Shown piece after piece: positions 19,454-29,141 of a DNA stretch of 32,000 nucleotides. Position 1 is the stretch's first letter. Each line of letters opens with the position of its first letter. The DNA is taken from the NCBI RefSeq assembly GCF_033370915.1, contig NZ_CP104096.1, positions 2,700 through 34,699 on the forward strand, given 5' to 3'. The DNA comes from Candidatus Saccharimonadota bacterium. GTDB lineage: Bacteria > Bacteroidota > Bacteroidia > Flavobacteriales > Blattabacteriaceae. Below the pieces are notes generated by a model, which was not told the origin of the DNA, did no database searches, and was given only the letters and a program-made list of their open reading frames with translations. The position numbers and the translations under genes are program-made.

Positions 19454-19834
19454 ATGCCAACAATACAACAATTAATAAGAAAAAAAAGAAAAAAAAATAT
19501 AAAAAAAAGCAAATCACCAGCTTTAAAAAAATCTCCTCAAAAAAGAGGAGTATGTATAAAAGTATATACTACTACTCCTAAAAAACCTAATTCAGCTATT
19601 AGAAAAGTAGCTAAGGTAAAATTAACAAATGGACAAATAGTAAATACTTATATAAGAGGTGAAGGACATAATTTACAAGAACATTCTATTGTATTAATAG
19701 AAGGAGGTAGAGTAAAAGATTTACCAGGGGTAAAATATCATATTATACGTGGAACATTAGATACTGAAGGAGTAAAAGGTAGAAAAAAAAGTAGAAGTAG
19801 ATATGGAACAAAAAAAAATACAAAAAAAAAATAA
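19454..19834 (+). CDS. rpsL: 30S ribosomal protein S12
   Basis: 126-aa ORF: [12 protein letters not shown]...[30 protein letters not shown]...[39 protein letters not shown]. Confidence 0.98.
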   Translation: MPTIQQLIRKKRKKNIKKSKSPALKKSPQKRGVCIKVYTTTPKKPNSAIRKVAKVKLTNGQIVNTYIRGEGHNLQEHSIVLIEGGRVKDLPGVKYHIIRGTLDTEGVKGRKKSRSRYGTKKNTKKK

Positions 19835-19839
19835 AATAG

Positions 19840-20304
19840 ATGAGAAAAATTAAATTTAAAAAAAGAACTTATAAAAAAGATTATAAATATAATAGTAAAT
19901 TAGTAACTTATTTTGTAAATAATTTAATGAAAAATGGAAAAAAAAATTTAGCTTATAAAATATTTTATAATGCGTTAAATATAATAGAAAATAAAATGAA
20001 TGATATAAACCCATTAATAATATTTAAAAAATCGTTAAAAAATATTGCCCCTAAAATATTAATTAAAAAAAAAAAAATAGGTGGATCAACTTATAATATA
20101 CCAATAGAAATAAATAAAAGAAAAAAAATATATTTATCAATAAAATGGTTAATTATATATGCAAAAAAAAGAAAAGAAAAAACTATGTATGAGAAATTAG
20201 CTAATGAAATAATAGCTGCATATAATGGTATTGGGGATGCAATAAAAAAAAGAAATAATATATATAAATTAGCAGAATCTAATAAAGCTTTTAAAAATTT
20301 ATGA
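19840..20304 (+). CDS. rpsG: 30S ribosomal protein S7
   Basis: 154-aa ORF with VTYFVNNLMKNGKKNLAYKIFYNAL (S7 signature). It lies between rpsL and fusA. Its TGA stop overlaps the fusA ATG (ATGA). Confidence 0.93.
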   Translation: MRKIKFKKRTYKKDYKYNSKLVTYFVNNLMKNGKKNLAYKIFYNALNIIENKMNDINPLIIFKKSLKNIAPKILIKKKKIGGSTYNIPIEINKRKKIYLSIKWLIIYAKKRKEKTMYEKLANEIIAAYNGIGDAIKKRNNIYKLAESNKAFKNL

Positions 20305-22376
20305 ATAAATTAAAATATACTAGAAATATAGGAATTGTAGCTCATATTGATGCAGGTAAAACAACTACAACAGAAAGAATATTATTTTATACAGGAATAA
20401 GTCATAAAATAGGAGAGGTACATGAAGGAAATACTACAATGGATTGGATGGAACAAGAGCAAGAAAGAGGTATAACAATAACATCAGCAGCAACTAGATG
20501 TATATGGAAATATAATAATAATAATTATTATATAAATATAATAGATACTCCAGGACATGTAGATTTTACAGTAGAAGTAGAAAGATCATTAAGAGTATTA
20601 GATGGTATGGTAGTATTATTTAGTTCAGTAGAAGGGGTAGAACCACAATCAGAAACAGTATGGAAACAAGCAAATAAATATAATATACCAAGAATAGGAT
20701 ATGTAAATAAAATGGATAGAAAAGGATCAAATTTCTTAAATGTTTGTAAAGATGTAAAAAAAAAATTAAAATGTAATACGATTATATTACAATTACCATT
20801 AGAAAAAAAAGAAAAATTTATAGGAATTATAGATATAATATTAGAAAAATATATAATATGGGAGAATAAAAATTATGGTATGAAATATTATATAAAAGAT
20901 ATACCAGATAATGAAAAAGAAAAAATAAAAAAATATAAAATAAAATTATTAGAAATTTTATCTGAATACGATGAAGAAATTATGAATAATTTTTTAGAAG
21001 GAAAAAAAATAAAAAAGAAAAAAATAATATCTATAATAAAAAAAGAAACATGTAAAATGAATTTAGTTCCTATGTTATGTGGTTCTTCATTTAAAAATAA
21101 AGGAGTACAAAAAATGTTAGATGCAATTTGTATGTATTTACCTTCACCTTTAAAATCAAAAAAAATAATAGGAATAGATAAAATAAATAAAAAAAAATGT
21201 ATTGTAAAACCAGATTATAAATATCCTTATTGTTCATTTGTATTTAAAATATCAACTAATAAATTTTTTGGTAAATTAGTATTTATTAGAGTATATTCAG
21301 GTACTTTAAAGGTTGGTGAATATGTATTTAACTCAAGAACTAATAAAAAAGAAAGAATATCAAGAATGTATCAAATGCATGCAAATAAACAAATACCTAT
21401 AAAAAAAATATGTGCAGGTGATATATTTGCAGGAGTAGGATTTAAAGATATAAAAACTGGAGATACATTATGTGAAGAAAATAATCAAATAGTTTTAGAA
21501 AATATATTTTTTCCTAAACCAGTTATGGGAATAGCAATAGAAACAAAACTTAAATATGAGATTGATAAATTAAATTTAGCTTTATCAAAAATGGAAGAAG
21601 AAGATCCTACTTTTAAAGTTAAAATGGATAATAAAACAGGACAAATTATTATTTATGGAATGGGAGAATTACATTTAGATATTATAATAGATAGAATAAA
21701 AAGAGAATTTAATATAGATATTAATAAAGGTAAACCAAAAGTAGAATATAAAGAAAAAATTACTAAAAAAATAACTCATAGAGAAATATATAAAAAACAG
21801 ACAGGTGGAAGAGGTAAATTTGCAGAAATATTATTTACTATAGGACCATATAAAAAAAAAGGTTTAAAATTTATAAATAAAGTAAAAGGAGGTAATATAC
21901 CAAAAGAATATATTTCTTCAATAGAAAAAGGTTTTAAATATTCAATGCAAATAGGCCCTTTATTAGGTTATGAAATAGATTCAATGGAAATTGTATTATT
22001 AGATGGATCTTATCATTCTGTTGATTCAGATTCTTTATCATTTGAAATAGCGGCTAAAAATGGTTTTAGAAATTCATCTAAAAAAACTAATCCAATAATT
22101 ATGGAACCTATAATGAAATTAGTAATAAATTGTCAAAATGAAAATATGGGTAATATAGTGAGTGATATAAATAAAAGAAGAGGAATAATAAAAAATATAA
22201 TAGATAATAAAAATAATGAAAAAATAATAAACGCTTTAGTACCTTTATCAGAAATGTTTGGATATGTAACAATATTAAGATCATTATCATCAGGTAGAGC
22301 AAATTCAAATATGAGTTTTTCACATTATGAAGAAGTACCTAAAAATATTTTCAATAAAATAATAGATAATATATAA
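20301..22376 (+). CDS. fusA: Elongation factor G
   Basis: 691-aa ORF. Blocks: NIGIVAHIDAGKTTTTERILFYTG, MDWMEQEQERGITITSAAT, IIDTPGHVDFTVEVERSLRVLDG, NKMDR, and GELHLDIIIDR. Confidence 0.99.
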   Translation: MNKLKYTRNIGIVAHIDAGKTTTTERILFYTGISHKIGEVHEGNTTMDWMEQEQERGITITSAATRCIWKYNNNNYYINIIDTPGHVDFTVEVERSLRVLDGMVVLFSSVEGVEPQSETVWKQANKYNIPRIGYVNKMDRKGSNFLNVCKDVKKKLKCNTIILQLPLEKKEKFIGIIDIILEKYIIWENKNYGMKYYIKDIPDNEKEKIKKYKIKLLEILSEYDEEIMNNFLEGKKIKKKKIISIIKKETCKMNLVPMLCGSSFKNKGVQKMLDAICMYLPSPLKSKKIIGIDKINKKKCIVKPDYKYPYCSFVFKISTNKFFGKLVFIRVYSGTLKVGEYVFNSRTNKKERISRMYQMHANKQIPIKKICAGDIFAGVGFKDIKTGDTLCEENNQIVLENIFFPKPVMGIAIETKLKYEIDKLNLALSKMEEEDPTFKVKMDNKTGQIIIYGMGELHLDIIIDRIKREFNIDINKGKPKVEYKEKITKKITHREIYKKQTGGRGKFAEILFTIGPYKKKGLKFINKVKGGNIPKEYISSIEKGFKYSMQIGPLLGYEIDSMEIVLLDGSYHSVDSDSLSFEIAAKNGFRNSSKKTNPIIMEPIMKLVINCQNENMGNIVSDINKRRGIIKNIIDNKNNEKIINALVPLSEMFGYVTILRSLSSGRANSNMSFSHYEEVPKNIFNKIIDNI

Positions 22377-22378
22377 TA

Positions 22379-22687
22379 ATGAAAAAAATAATAAAAATAA
22401 AACTTAAATCATACGATTATATATTATTAGATAAAACAATAAAAATAATAATAAAATCAATTGATTATACTGGTGTAAAAATAAAAGGACCAATACATTT
22501 ACCTACTAAAAGAAAAGTATTTACTGTATTAAAGTCTCCACATGTACATAAAAAATCTAGAGAACAATTTGAATTATGTTATCATATAAGATATTTAGAA
22601 ATATTAAAAGCTAATTCAATAACAGTAAATGAATTAATGAAATTAGAAATTGCTAGTGGAGTAGATGTAAAATTTAAAATAATATGA
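22379..22687 (+). CDS. rpsJ: 30S ribosomal protein S10
   Basis: 102-aa [16 protein letters not shown]...[29 protein letters not shown] is the S10 core. Its TGA stop overlaps the rplC ATG. Confidence 0.95.
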   Translation: MKKIIKIKLKSYDYILLDKTIKIIIKSIDYTGVKIKGPIHLPTKRKVFTVLKSPHVHKKSREQFELCYHIRYLEILKANSITVNELMKLEIASGVDVKFKII

Positions 22688-23304
22688 TAGGTTTAATAGG
22701 AAAAAAAATAAAAATGATAAATATTTTTATAAAAGGTAAATTATATACATGTACAGTAATAAAAACAGAAAAAGGTAATATTATAAATATTAAAAAAAGT
22801 AAATTATTATTAGGGTATATAAAAGTTAAAAAAGTAAATAAACCATTAATGGGATTTTTTAAAAAATATAATAGTAAATATTATAAAAAAATAATAGAAT
22901 TTAATAAATTAACAAAAAATGAAATTAAATATATAAAAAATAAAAAAAATATTGATTTAGATATATTTAATATAGGAGAAAAAATAGATATAACAGGATA
23001 TTCTTTAGGTAAAGGTTTTCAAGGGGTAGTAAAAAGACATAATTTTTCAGGAGTAGGTTCAAAAACACATGGACAACATAATAGATTAAGATCACCAGGT
23101 TCTATAGGAGCTGGAACTTATCCAGCTAAAGTAATAAAAGGATTGAAAATGGCTGGGAGAATGGGGAATAAAAAAGTAACAGTAAAAAAAATAAAAATAT
23201 TATTAATAAAAGATAATATTTTATTAGTAAATGGTTCAGTACCAGGTAAAAATAATAAATATTTAATAATAAAAAAAAAATATGGAGAATTTAATAAAAA
23301 ATAA
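22684..23304 (+). CDS. rplC: 50S ribosomal protein L3
   Basis: 206-aa ORF. Blocks: [24 protein letters not shown]...[34 protein letters not shown]. Confidence 0.94.
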   Translation: MIGLIGKKIKMINIFIKGKLYTCTVIKTEKGNIINIKKSKLLLGYIKVKKVNKPLMGFFKKYNSKYYKKIIEFNKLTKNEIKYIKNKKNIDLDIFNIGEKIDITGYSLGKGFQGVVKRHNFSGVGSKTHGQHNRLRSPGSIGAGTYPAKVIKGLKMAGRMGNKKVTVKKIKILLIKDNILLVNGSVPGKNNKYLIIKKKYGEFNKK

Positions 23305-23914
23305 TAAAATAAAAAAAAATATAAATATAATAAATAAATATAATAGGTTCAAAAATAAAGAACATATTATTTATTTATATGTTAAAAAATATCTAAATTC
23401 AAAAAGAAAAAATACAAGTAAAACAAAAGAAAGAAGTGAAATAAAAGGTAGTACTAGAAAAATACAAAAGCAAAAAGGAACAGGTAATGCAAGAAAAGGA
23501 GATATAAAAAATCCTATATTTAGAGGTGGGGGAAGAATATTTGGTCCAAAAAATAATAGAAATTATAAAAATAAAATAAATAAAAAAGTTTATAAAATAG
23601 TTAAAAAAATTTTATTATGTAATAAAATAATCAATAAAAAAGTATTTATATTAAAACAAATAAAATTTTACTCACATAAAACAAAATATTTTATTAATTA
23701 TTTTAAAAAATTAAAATTTAAAATAAATAATAAAAAAAAATATTTAATAATAACAGATAAAATATATAAAAAATTACTTATTTCATCAAATAACATTAAA
23801 AATGTAAGAATTAATTATATTAAACAAATAAATATATATAATATATTAATATCAGATTATATAATATTTATAAATAAAAAAATAAATAATATAATAAATA
23901 TAATAAAAAAATGA
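23282..23914 (+). CDS. rplD: 50S ribosomal protein L4
   Basis: 210-aa [44 protein letters not shown] matches the L4 core. The start codon is uncertain (23-bp overlap with rplC). Confidence 0.88.
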   Translation: MENLIKNNKIKKNINIINKYNRFKNKEHIIYLYVKKYLNSKRKNTSKTKERSEIKGSTRKIQKQKGTGNARKGDIKNPIFRGGGRIFGPKNNRNYKNKINKKVYKIVKKILLCNKIINKKVFILKQIKFYSHKTKYFINYFKKLKFKINNKKKYLIITDKIYKKLLISSNNIKNVRINYIKQINIYNILISDYIIFINKKINNIINIIKK

Positions 23915-24156
23915 AGTTATTAATAAGTCCTTTAAAAACTTATAAGTCAATTAATTTATATAAAAAATATAATTTATATAGTTATTATTTAAATAAAAAA
24001 AAAATAAATAAAATACAATTAAAAAAATATTTTAAAATTAATTATTATTTAATAGTAAAAAAAATAAATATTATTAAAATAAAAAAAAAAAATAAAAATA
24101 TTATAAAAATAATAGTAAAATTTTTAAAAAATAAAAAAAATATTAAATTATTATGA
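23911..24156 (+). CDS. rplW: 50S ribosomal protein L23 (very diverged, called mainly by position)
   Basis: 81-aa ORF in the exact rplD-rplB slot, with ATGA overlaps at both ends. Only loose L23 resemblance (ISPLKTYKS...[17 protein letters not shown]). Confidence 0.65.
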   Translation: MKLLISPLKTYKSINLYKKYNLYSYYLNKKKINKIQLKKYFKINYYLIVKKINIIKIKKKNKNIIKIIVKFLKNKKNIKLL

Positions 24157-24923
24157 AAAAAATAAAAATAAAAAGATTAAAATACAATAAATTAATTTAT
24201 GGAAAATTAAAATCAGGAGGTAGAAATAATCAAGGAAGAATAACTGTAAGATATATAGGTGGTGGTCATAAACAAAAATATAGATTAATAGATTTTAAAA
24301 GAAATAAATATGATGTAATAGCTACTGTAAAAAATATTGAATATGATCCTAATAGGTCAGCTTATATATCTTTATTATATTATAAAGATGGAGAAAAAAA
24401 ATATATTTTATCTGTAAAAGGATTAAAAAAAGGAGATAGAATAATATCCTCAAGAACAAAATCATCATTAAATTTAGGTGATTCAGCTCCATTACATTTA
24501 ATACCTTTAGGTACTATAATATGTTGTATAGAAAATATTCCAGGTAATGGAGCAATATATTCAAGAAGTGCCGGAACATATTCAAAAATAATATCAAAGG
24601 ATAAAAAATATGCAATTATAAAATTATCATCTAATGAAAAAAAAATGATATTATTAAATAGTATGGCAACAATAGGAAGTATATCAAATAAAAATCATAA
24701 ATTTAAAAAATTAAAAAAAGCAGGAAATAATAGATGGATAGGAAAAAGACCAAGAACAAGAGGAGTAGCAATGAATCCTATAGATCATCCTATGGGTGGT
24801 GGTGAAGGTAAAGCATCAGGAGGACATCCAAAAAGTAGAAAAGGAATTTACGCAAAAGGTTTTAAAACACGTAAAAAAAATAAAAAATATTCAAAATATA
24901 TTTTAAAAAAGGATAAAAAATAA
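24153..24923 (+). CDS. rplB: 50S ribosomal protein L2
   Basis: 256-aa ORF. Blocks: GGRNNQGRITVRYIGGGHKQKYRLIDFKR, IEYDPNRSAYISLL, and RGVAMNPIDHPMGGGEGKASGGHP. Confidence 0.98.
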   Translation: MKKIKIKRLKYNKLIYGKLKSGGRNNQGRITVRYIGGGHKQKYRLIDFKRNKYDVIATVKNIEYDPNRSAYISLLYYKDGEKKYILSVKGLKKGDRIISSRTKSSLNLGDSAPLHLIPLGTIICCIENIPGNGAIYSRSAGTYSKIISKDKKYAIIKLSSNEKKMILLNSMATIGSISNKNHKFKKLKKAGNNRWIGKRPRTRGVAMNPIDHPMGGGEGKASGGHPKSRKGIYAKGFKTRKKNKKYSKYILKKDKK

Positions 24924-24932
24924 AAAAAAAAA

Positions 24933-25331
24933 ATGGGAAAAAGAAAAAGAAATACAGCGTTAAAAATAAAAAAAAAAAATAAAAATAAAATTTATTCTTA
25001 TATAAAAAATGTAAGAATTTCACCAAGAAAAATAAGAAATTTAATAAATTTAATAAAAGGTAAAAATGTTTTAAATGCTATTGAGATTTTAAAAAATTAT
25101 ATAAGTTATAAAAAATCAAAAATATTAATAAATTTAATATTATCAACAATATCAAATTATAAAATAAAAACAGGTAAAAAGGATATAAAAAATTTATATA
25201 TTTATAGTTTAATAGTAAATAGTTCAGGAATAATTAAAAGAGTAAGATATGCACCACAAGGTAGGATAAATAAAATAATAAAAAGATTAAGTATAATAAA
25301 ATTAGAAATAAAAAATAAAAAAATTAAATAA
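24933..25331 (+). CDS. rplV: 50S ribosomal protein L22
   Basis: 132-aa ORF with a basic N-terminal extension, MGKRKRN..., as in Bacteroidota L22. Also VRISPRKIRNLINLIKGKNVLNAIEIL and IKRVRYAPQGRINKIIKR. Confidence 0.87.
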   Translation: MGKRKRNTALKIKKKNKNKIYSYIKNVRISPRKIRNLINLIKGKNVLNAIEILKNYISYKKSKILINLILSTISNYKIKTGKKDIKNLYIYSLIVNSSGIIKRVRYAPQGRINKIIKRLSIIKLEIKNKKIK

Positions 25332-25332
25332 A

Positions 25333-26106
25333 ATGGGGCAAAAATCAAATCCAATATCTAATAGATTAGGAATAATTTATGGATGGAAATCAATATGGAT
25401 AAAAAATTATTATTTAAATGTTAATGAAGATAATATGATAAGAAATTATATAAATAATAGATATAAATATTGTATATCTACAATAATAATTGAAAAAATT
25501 AAAAATAGAGTAATAATTACTATATGTACGTCTAAACCTGCTATAGTAATAGGGAAAAAAGGAAAAGAAGTAGAAAAGTTAAAAAAAATTATAAATAATA
25601 TTATAATAAATAATAAAAAAGAATATTTATATTATAAAAAAATAGAAAATAATAGTTATGATATTTATATAAATGTAGTAGATGTAAAAAATCCAGAAAT
25701 AGATTCAATATTAGTATCTAAAAATATATGTAGACAATTAGAAAGTAGAATATATTATAAAAAATCTATTAAATATGCTATAAAATCAGCAATGATAAAA
25801 AAAATAAATGGAATAAAAATAAAAATTTCTGGTAGATTAAATGGAGCAGAAATAGCAAGAACTGAAGTATATAAAGAAGGTAGTATAAAATCATCAACAT
25901 TAAGATCAAATATTGATTATTCATTATCAGAAGCAAATACTAAATATGGAAAAATAGGAGTAAAAGTATGGATAATGAAAGGGGAAATATATGAAATGAA
26001 AAAATATTTTACTAATTTTAATAATAGTTTTAATAAAAGTATTAATAAAAAAAAAAGTATTAATAAAAATGGCAAAAAAAAAATATTTAAAACAACAAAA
26101 AGGTAG
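25333..26106 (+). CDS. rpsC: 30S ribosomal protein S3
   Basis: 257-aa ORF. Blocks: [18 protein letters not shown], the KH region [18 protein letters not shown], and [45 protein letters not shown]. Confidence 0.93.
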   Translation: MGQKSNPISNRLGIIYGWKSIWIKNYYLNVNEDNMIRNYINNRYKYCISTIIIEKIKNRVIITICTSKPAIVIGKKGKEVEKLKKIINNIIINNKKEYLYYKKIENNSYDIYINVVDVKNPEIDSILVSKNICRQLESRIYYKKSIKYAIKSAMIKKINGIKIKISGRLNGAEIARTEVYKEGSIKSSTLRSNIDYSLSEANTKYGKIGVKVWIMKGEIYEMKKYFTNFNNSFNKSINKKKSINKNGKKKIFKTTKR

Positions 26107-26485
26107 AATTAAAGGTTTTGCTAAAAGAGGATATAAATTACATTTTGGTAAGTATGGTATTCAATCAATTGATAAACAAAAATATATTACTGAAAAACAA
26201 ATAGAAGCAGCTAGAGTAGCAGCTACTAGATATATGAAAAGAGAAGGAAAATTATATATAAATATTTTTACTTATAAACCTATTACAAAAAAACCACAAG
26301 AAGTAAGAATGGGAAAAGGAAAAGGAAATGTAGAATATAATGTAGCAGTAGTAAAACCAGGAAGAATATTATTTGAAATTAATGGAGTATCAGAAAATAT
26401 AGCAAAAGAAGCATTAAGATTATGTGCACAAAAATTACCAGTAAAAACAAAATATATTATTTATGATGATTATTTTAAATATTAA
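26069..26485 (+). CDS. rplP: 50S ribosomal protein L16
   Basis: 138-aa ORF. Blocks: [40 protein letters not shown], and [30 protein letters not shown]. It overlaps the rpsC tail by 38 bp. Confidence 0.95.
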   Translation: MAKKKYLKQQKGRIKGFAKRGYKLHFGKYGIQSIDKQKYITEKQIEAARVAATRYMKREGKLYINIFTYKPITKKPQEVRMGKGKGNVEYNVAVVKPGRILFEINGVSENIAKEALRLCAQKLPVKTKYIIYDDYFKY

Positions 26486-26490
26486 TTAAT

Positions 26491-26730
26491 ATGAAAATAA
26501 AAGAAGGTATTATAATAAGTGATAAAATGAATAAAACTAGAATAGTTTTAAATAAAATAATAATAAAACATAAAAAATATAGAAAAACAATATTAAAAAA
26601 AAAAAAATATTATGTACATGATGAAAAAAATATTACTAAAAAAGGAGATCTTGTAAAAATTATTGAAACAAGACCATTAAGTAAAAAAAAACGTTGGATA
26701 ATAAAAAAAATAATAAATAAAAAAAAATAA
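26491..26730 (+). CDS. rpsQ: 30S ribosomal protein S17
   Basis: 79-aa ORF. GIIISDKMNKTRIV...KKYYVHDEKNITKKGDLVKIIETRPLSKKKRW matches the S17 pattern. Confidence 0.9.
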   Translation: MKIKEGIIISDKMNKTRIVLNKIIIKHKKYRKTILKKKKYYVHDEKNITKKGDLVKIIETRPLSKKKRWIIKKIINKKK

Positions 26731-26733
26731 AAT

Positions 26734-27096
26734 ATGTTACAACAAGAATCAAAATTAAAAGTAACTGATAATAGTGGAGCTAAAGAAGCATTAATTATAA
26801 GAATATTAGGAAATAAAAAATATGCTAGTATTGGGGATATTATAGTAGTAACTATAAAAAAAGTATTGTTAAAAAGTACTATAAAAAAAGGAGAAATATA
26901 TAAAGCAATAATAGTAAGAGTAAAAAATAAAATAAAAAGAAAAGATGGAACATATATATTATTTGATGATAATGCATGTATATTATTAAATGAAAATAAA
27001 GAAATAAAAGGGACAAGAATATTTGGTCCAGTATCAAGGGAGTTAAGGGAAAAAGGATATATGAAAATAATATCATTATCAAATTATGTTATTTAA
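26734..27096 (+). CDS. rplN: 50S ribosomal protein L14
   Basis: 120-aa ORF: MLQQESKLKVTDNSGAKEALIIRILG...FDDNACILLN...GTRIFGPVSRELREKGYMKIISLS. Confidence 0.97.
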   Translation: MLQQESKLKVTDNSGAKEALIIRILGNKKYASIGDIIVVTIKKVLLKSTIKKGEIYKAIIVRVKNKIKRKDGTYILFDDNACILLNENKEIKGTRIFGPVSRELREKGYMKIISLSNYVI

Positions 27097-27101
27097 TAAA
27101 A

Positions 27102-27350
27102 ATGAATAAAATTAAAATAGGAGATAAAGTAATAATAATATCAGGTAAAGAAAAAGGAAAAAGAGGGAAAATAATGAGAATAATAAAAAATAAAGTTTAT
27201 GTAAAGGGGATAGTAAAAAAAATTATAGATATATCTAATATATCTATAGAAGATCCTAAATTAAAATGTAGAACAAAAATAAAAATAAAAAAATTAAAAA
27301 ATGGAAAAAAAATTAGAATATGTAAAAAATCTAATACTATATTAGATTAA
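27102..27350 (+). CDS. rplX: 50S ribosomal protein L24 (shortened)
   Basis: 82-aa ORF with the KOW motif KIGDKVIIISGKEKGKRGKI. It occupies the slot between rplN and rplE. Confidence 0.85.
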   Translation: MNKIKIGDKVIIISGKEKGKRGKIMRIIKNKVYVKGIVKKIIDISNISIEDPKLKCRTKIKIKKLKNGKKIRICKKSNTILD

Positions 27351-27363
27351 ATTATAAAATAAA

Positions 27364-27930
27364 ATGTATATACCAAGATTAAAATTATTATATGAAAAAA
27401 AAATTATAAATATTTTAAAAAAAAAATTAAAATATAAAAATATAATGCAAGTACCTAAATTAAATAAAATTGTAATTAATATAGGAGTAGGTATAAAAAA
27501 AAATATATTAGATACTATGGAAGATTTATCATTATTAACAGGTCAAAAAGCGACTTATAGATTATCTAAAAAAGATATATCAGGATTAAATTTAAGAAAA
27601 GGTACAAAAATAGGTTGTATGGTTACATTAAGAAGAAATATAATGTATGAATTTTTAGAAAGATTAATATCAGTAGCATTACCTAGATCAAAAGATTTTA
27701 ATGGAATAAAAGAAAATAGTTTTGATGGAAAAGGAAATTATAATTTAGGTATAAAAGAACATATAATTTTTCCAGAAATTAATTTTGAGAAAGTAAAAAG
27801 AATTTATGGAATGAATATAAGTTTTGTAACAAGTACAAAATTTGATAAAGAAGCTAAATATTTATTAATTTATTTAGGGTTACCTTTTAAAAATAAAAAT
27901 ATATATGGCAAAAGAATCATTAAAATCTAG
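27364..27930 (+). CDS. rplE: 50S ribosomal protein L5
   Basis: 188-aa ORF. Blocks: [11 protein letters not shown]...[49 protein letters not shown], and [20 protein letters not shown]. Confidence 0.96.
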   Translation: MYIPRLKLLYEKKIINILKKKLKYKNIMQVPKLNKIVINIGVGIKKNILDTMEDLSLLTGQKATYRLSKKDISGLNLRKGTKIGCMVTLRRNIMYEFLERLISVALPRSKDFNGIKENSFDGKGNYNLGIKEHIIFPEINFEKVKRIYGMNISFVTSTKFDKEAKYLLIYLGLPFKNKNIYGKRIIKI

Positions 27931-28174
27931 ACAAAAAAAAAAAAACAAATTATTTATTAAATATTATAAAAAAAATAAATATTTAAAAAATAATAAAAAA
28001 TTTTTAGAATTACAAAAAATTCCTAGAAATGCTTCAATTGTAAGACAAAAAAATATATGTAAAATAACAGGAAGAACAAGAGGTTATATAAGATTTTTTG
28101 GAATATCACGTATAGAATTTAGAAGATTATCATCAAATGGTTTAATACCAGGAATAAAAAAATCAAGTTGGTAA
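27905..28174 (+). CDS. rpsN: 30S ribosomal protein S14 (long, non-zinc type)
   Basis: 89-aa ORF: [13 protein letters not shown]...[38 protein letters not shown]. Confidence 0.93.
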   Translation: MAKESLKSRQKKKNKLFIKYYKKNKYLKNNKKFLELQKIPRNASIVRQKNICKITGRTRGYIRFFGISRIEFRRLSSNGLIPGIKKSSW

Positions 28175-28560
28175 TGGATACTATTGGAAATTATTTAACA
28201 TTAATAAGAAATGCATGTAATGTTAAAAAAAGTTATGTAAAAGTTAATTATTCAAAAATAAATAAAAATATAACTAAAGTATTATATAAAAATAATTATA
28301 TAAAAAAATATAAAATATATAAAATTAATAAAATAAATAAAATAAAAATATATTTAAAATATATAAATAATAATTCAGTAATAATAAAAATAAAAAGAAT
28401 AAGTAAACCAAGTTTAAGAAAATATTTAAAATATAAAAATATTTATAAAGTTTTAAATGGATATGGAATTTCTATTATATCAACTTCTATGGGAGTAATG
28501 ACTGGAAAAGAAGCAAAATTAAAAAAAATAGGTGGAGAAATATTATGTATAATTTATTAA
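28174..28560 (+). CDS. rpsH: 30S ribosomal protein S8
   Basis: The ORF track starts at TTG 28168. I prefer ATG 28174, which overlaps the rpsN TAA by one base (TAATG). [14 protein letters not shown] and the C-terminal GYGISIISTSMGVMTGKEAKLKKIGGEILCIIY are S8 hallmarks. Confidence 0.92.
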   Translation: MDTIGNYLTLIRNACNVKKSYVKVNYSKINKNITKVLYKNNYIKKYKIYKINKINKIKIYLKYINNNSVIIKIKRISKPSLRKYLKYKNIYKVLNGYGISIISTSMGVMTGKEAKLKKIGGEILCIIY

Positions 28561-28567
28561 TAATAAT

Positions 28568-29119
28568 ATGTCAAGAATAGGAAAAAAATATATAATAATT
28601 CCTAAAAATGTAAATATATATAAAAAAGATAAATATATATATGTAAAAGGTAAATTAGGAAATTTAAAACAAAAAATTAATAAAAATATAATTATAAAAA
28701 TATTAGATGATAAAATAAAATTAATAAATAAAAAAAATAATGAAAAAAAATATAAAAGTTTACATGGACTTTATAGAATGTTAATATATAATATGATAAA
28801 AGGTGTAAATGAAGGTTATAATAAAAAATTAGAATTAGTAGGAGTAGGATATAAGGCTATTGGAAAAGGTAAAATTTTAAATTTAAACGTAGGATATTCA
28901 CATAAAATAGTAATGAAATTTTGTAAAGAAATTAATATAACAACAGAAAATGTAAAAGGAGAAAATACAATTATAAATATTTTTTGTATTAATAAACAAT
29001 TATTAGGAATAGTAGCATCAAAAATAAGATCTTTAAAAAAACCTGAACCATATAAAGGAAAAGGTATAAGATATATAAATGAAAAAATAATAATTAAAAA
29101 GTATAGGTTGTTCATGTGA
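28568..29119 (+). CDS. rplF: 50S ribosomal protein L6 (C-terminal few residues replaced at a junction with valS sequence)
   Basis: 183-aa ORF. MSRIGKKYIIIP, LVGVGYKA, LNVGYSH and KPEPYKGKGIRYINEKIIIKK are L6 blocks. The last residues, YRLFM-stop(TGA), are read out of frame from valS-homologous DNA. Confidence 0.92.
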   Translation: MSRIGKKYIIIPKNVNIYKKDKYIYVKGKLGNLKQKINKNIIIKILDDKIKLINKKNNEKKYKSLHGLYRMLIYNMIKGVNEGYNKKLELVGVGYKAIGKGKILNLNVGYSHKIVMKFCKEINITTENVKGENTIINIFCINKQLLGIVASKIRSLKKPEPYKGKGIRYINEKIIIKKYRLFM

Positions 29120-29141
29120 TTGGAATAGAAAACAATTTACT

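Noticed and set aside
20301-24156. UGA-to-Trp recoding (code 4), as seen in other tiny AT-rich symbionts
   Set aside because: There are no in-frame TGAs in any conserved ORF. Conserved Trp residues are TGG, tRNA-Trp has anticodon CCA, and TGA sits at gene ends in ATGA overlaps. The standard code fits better.
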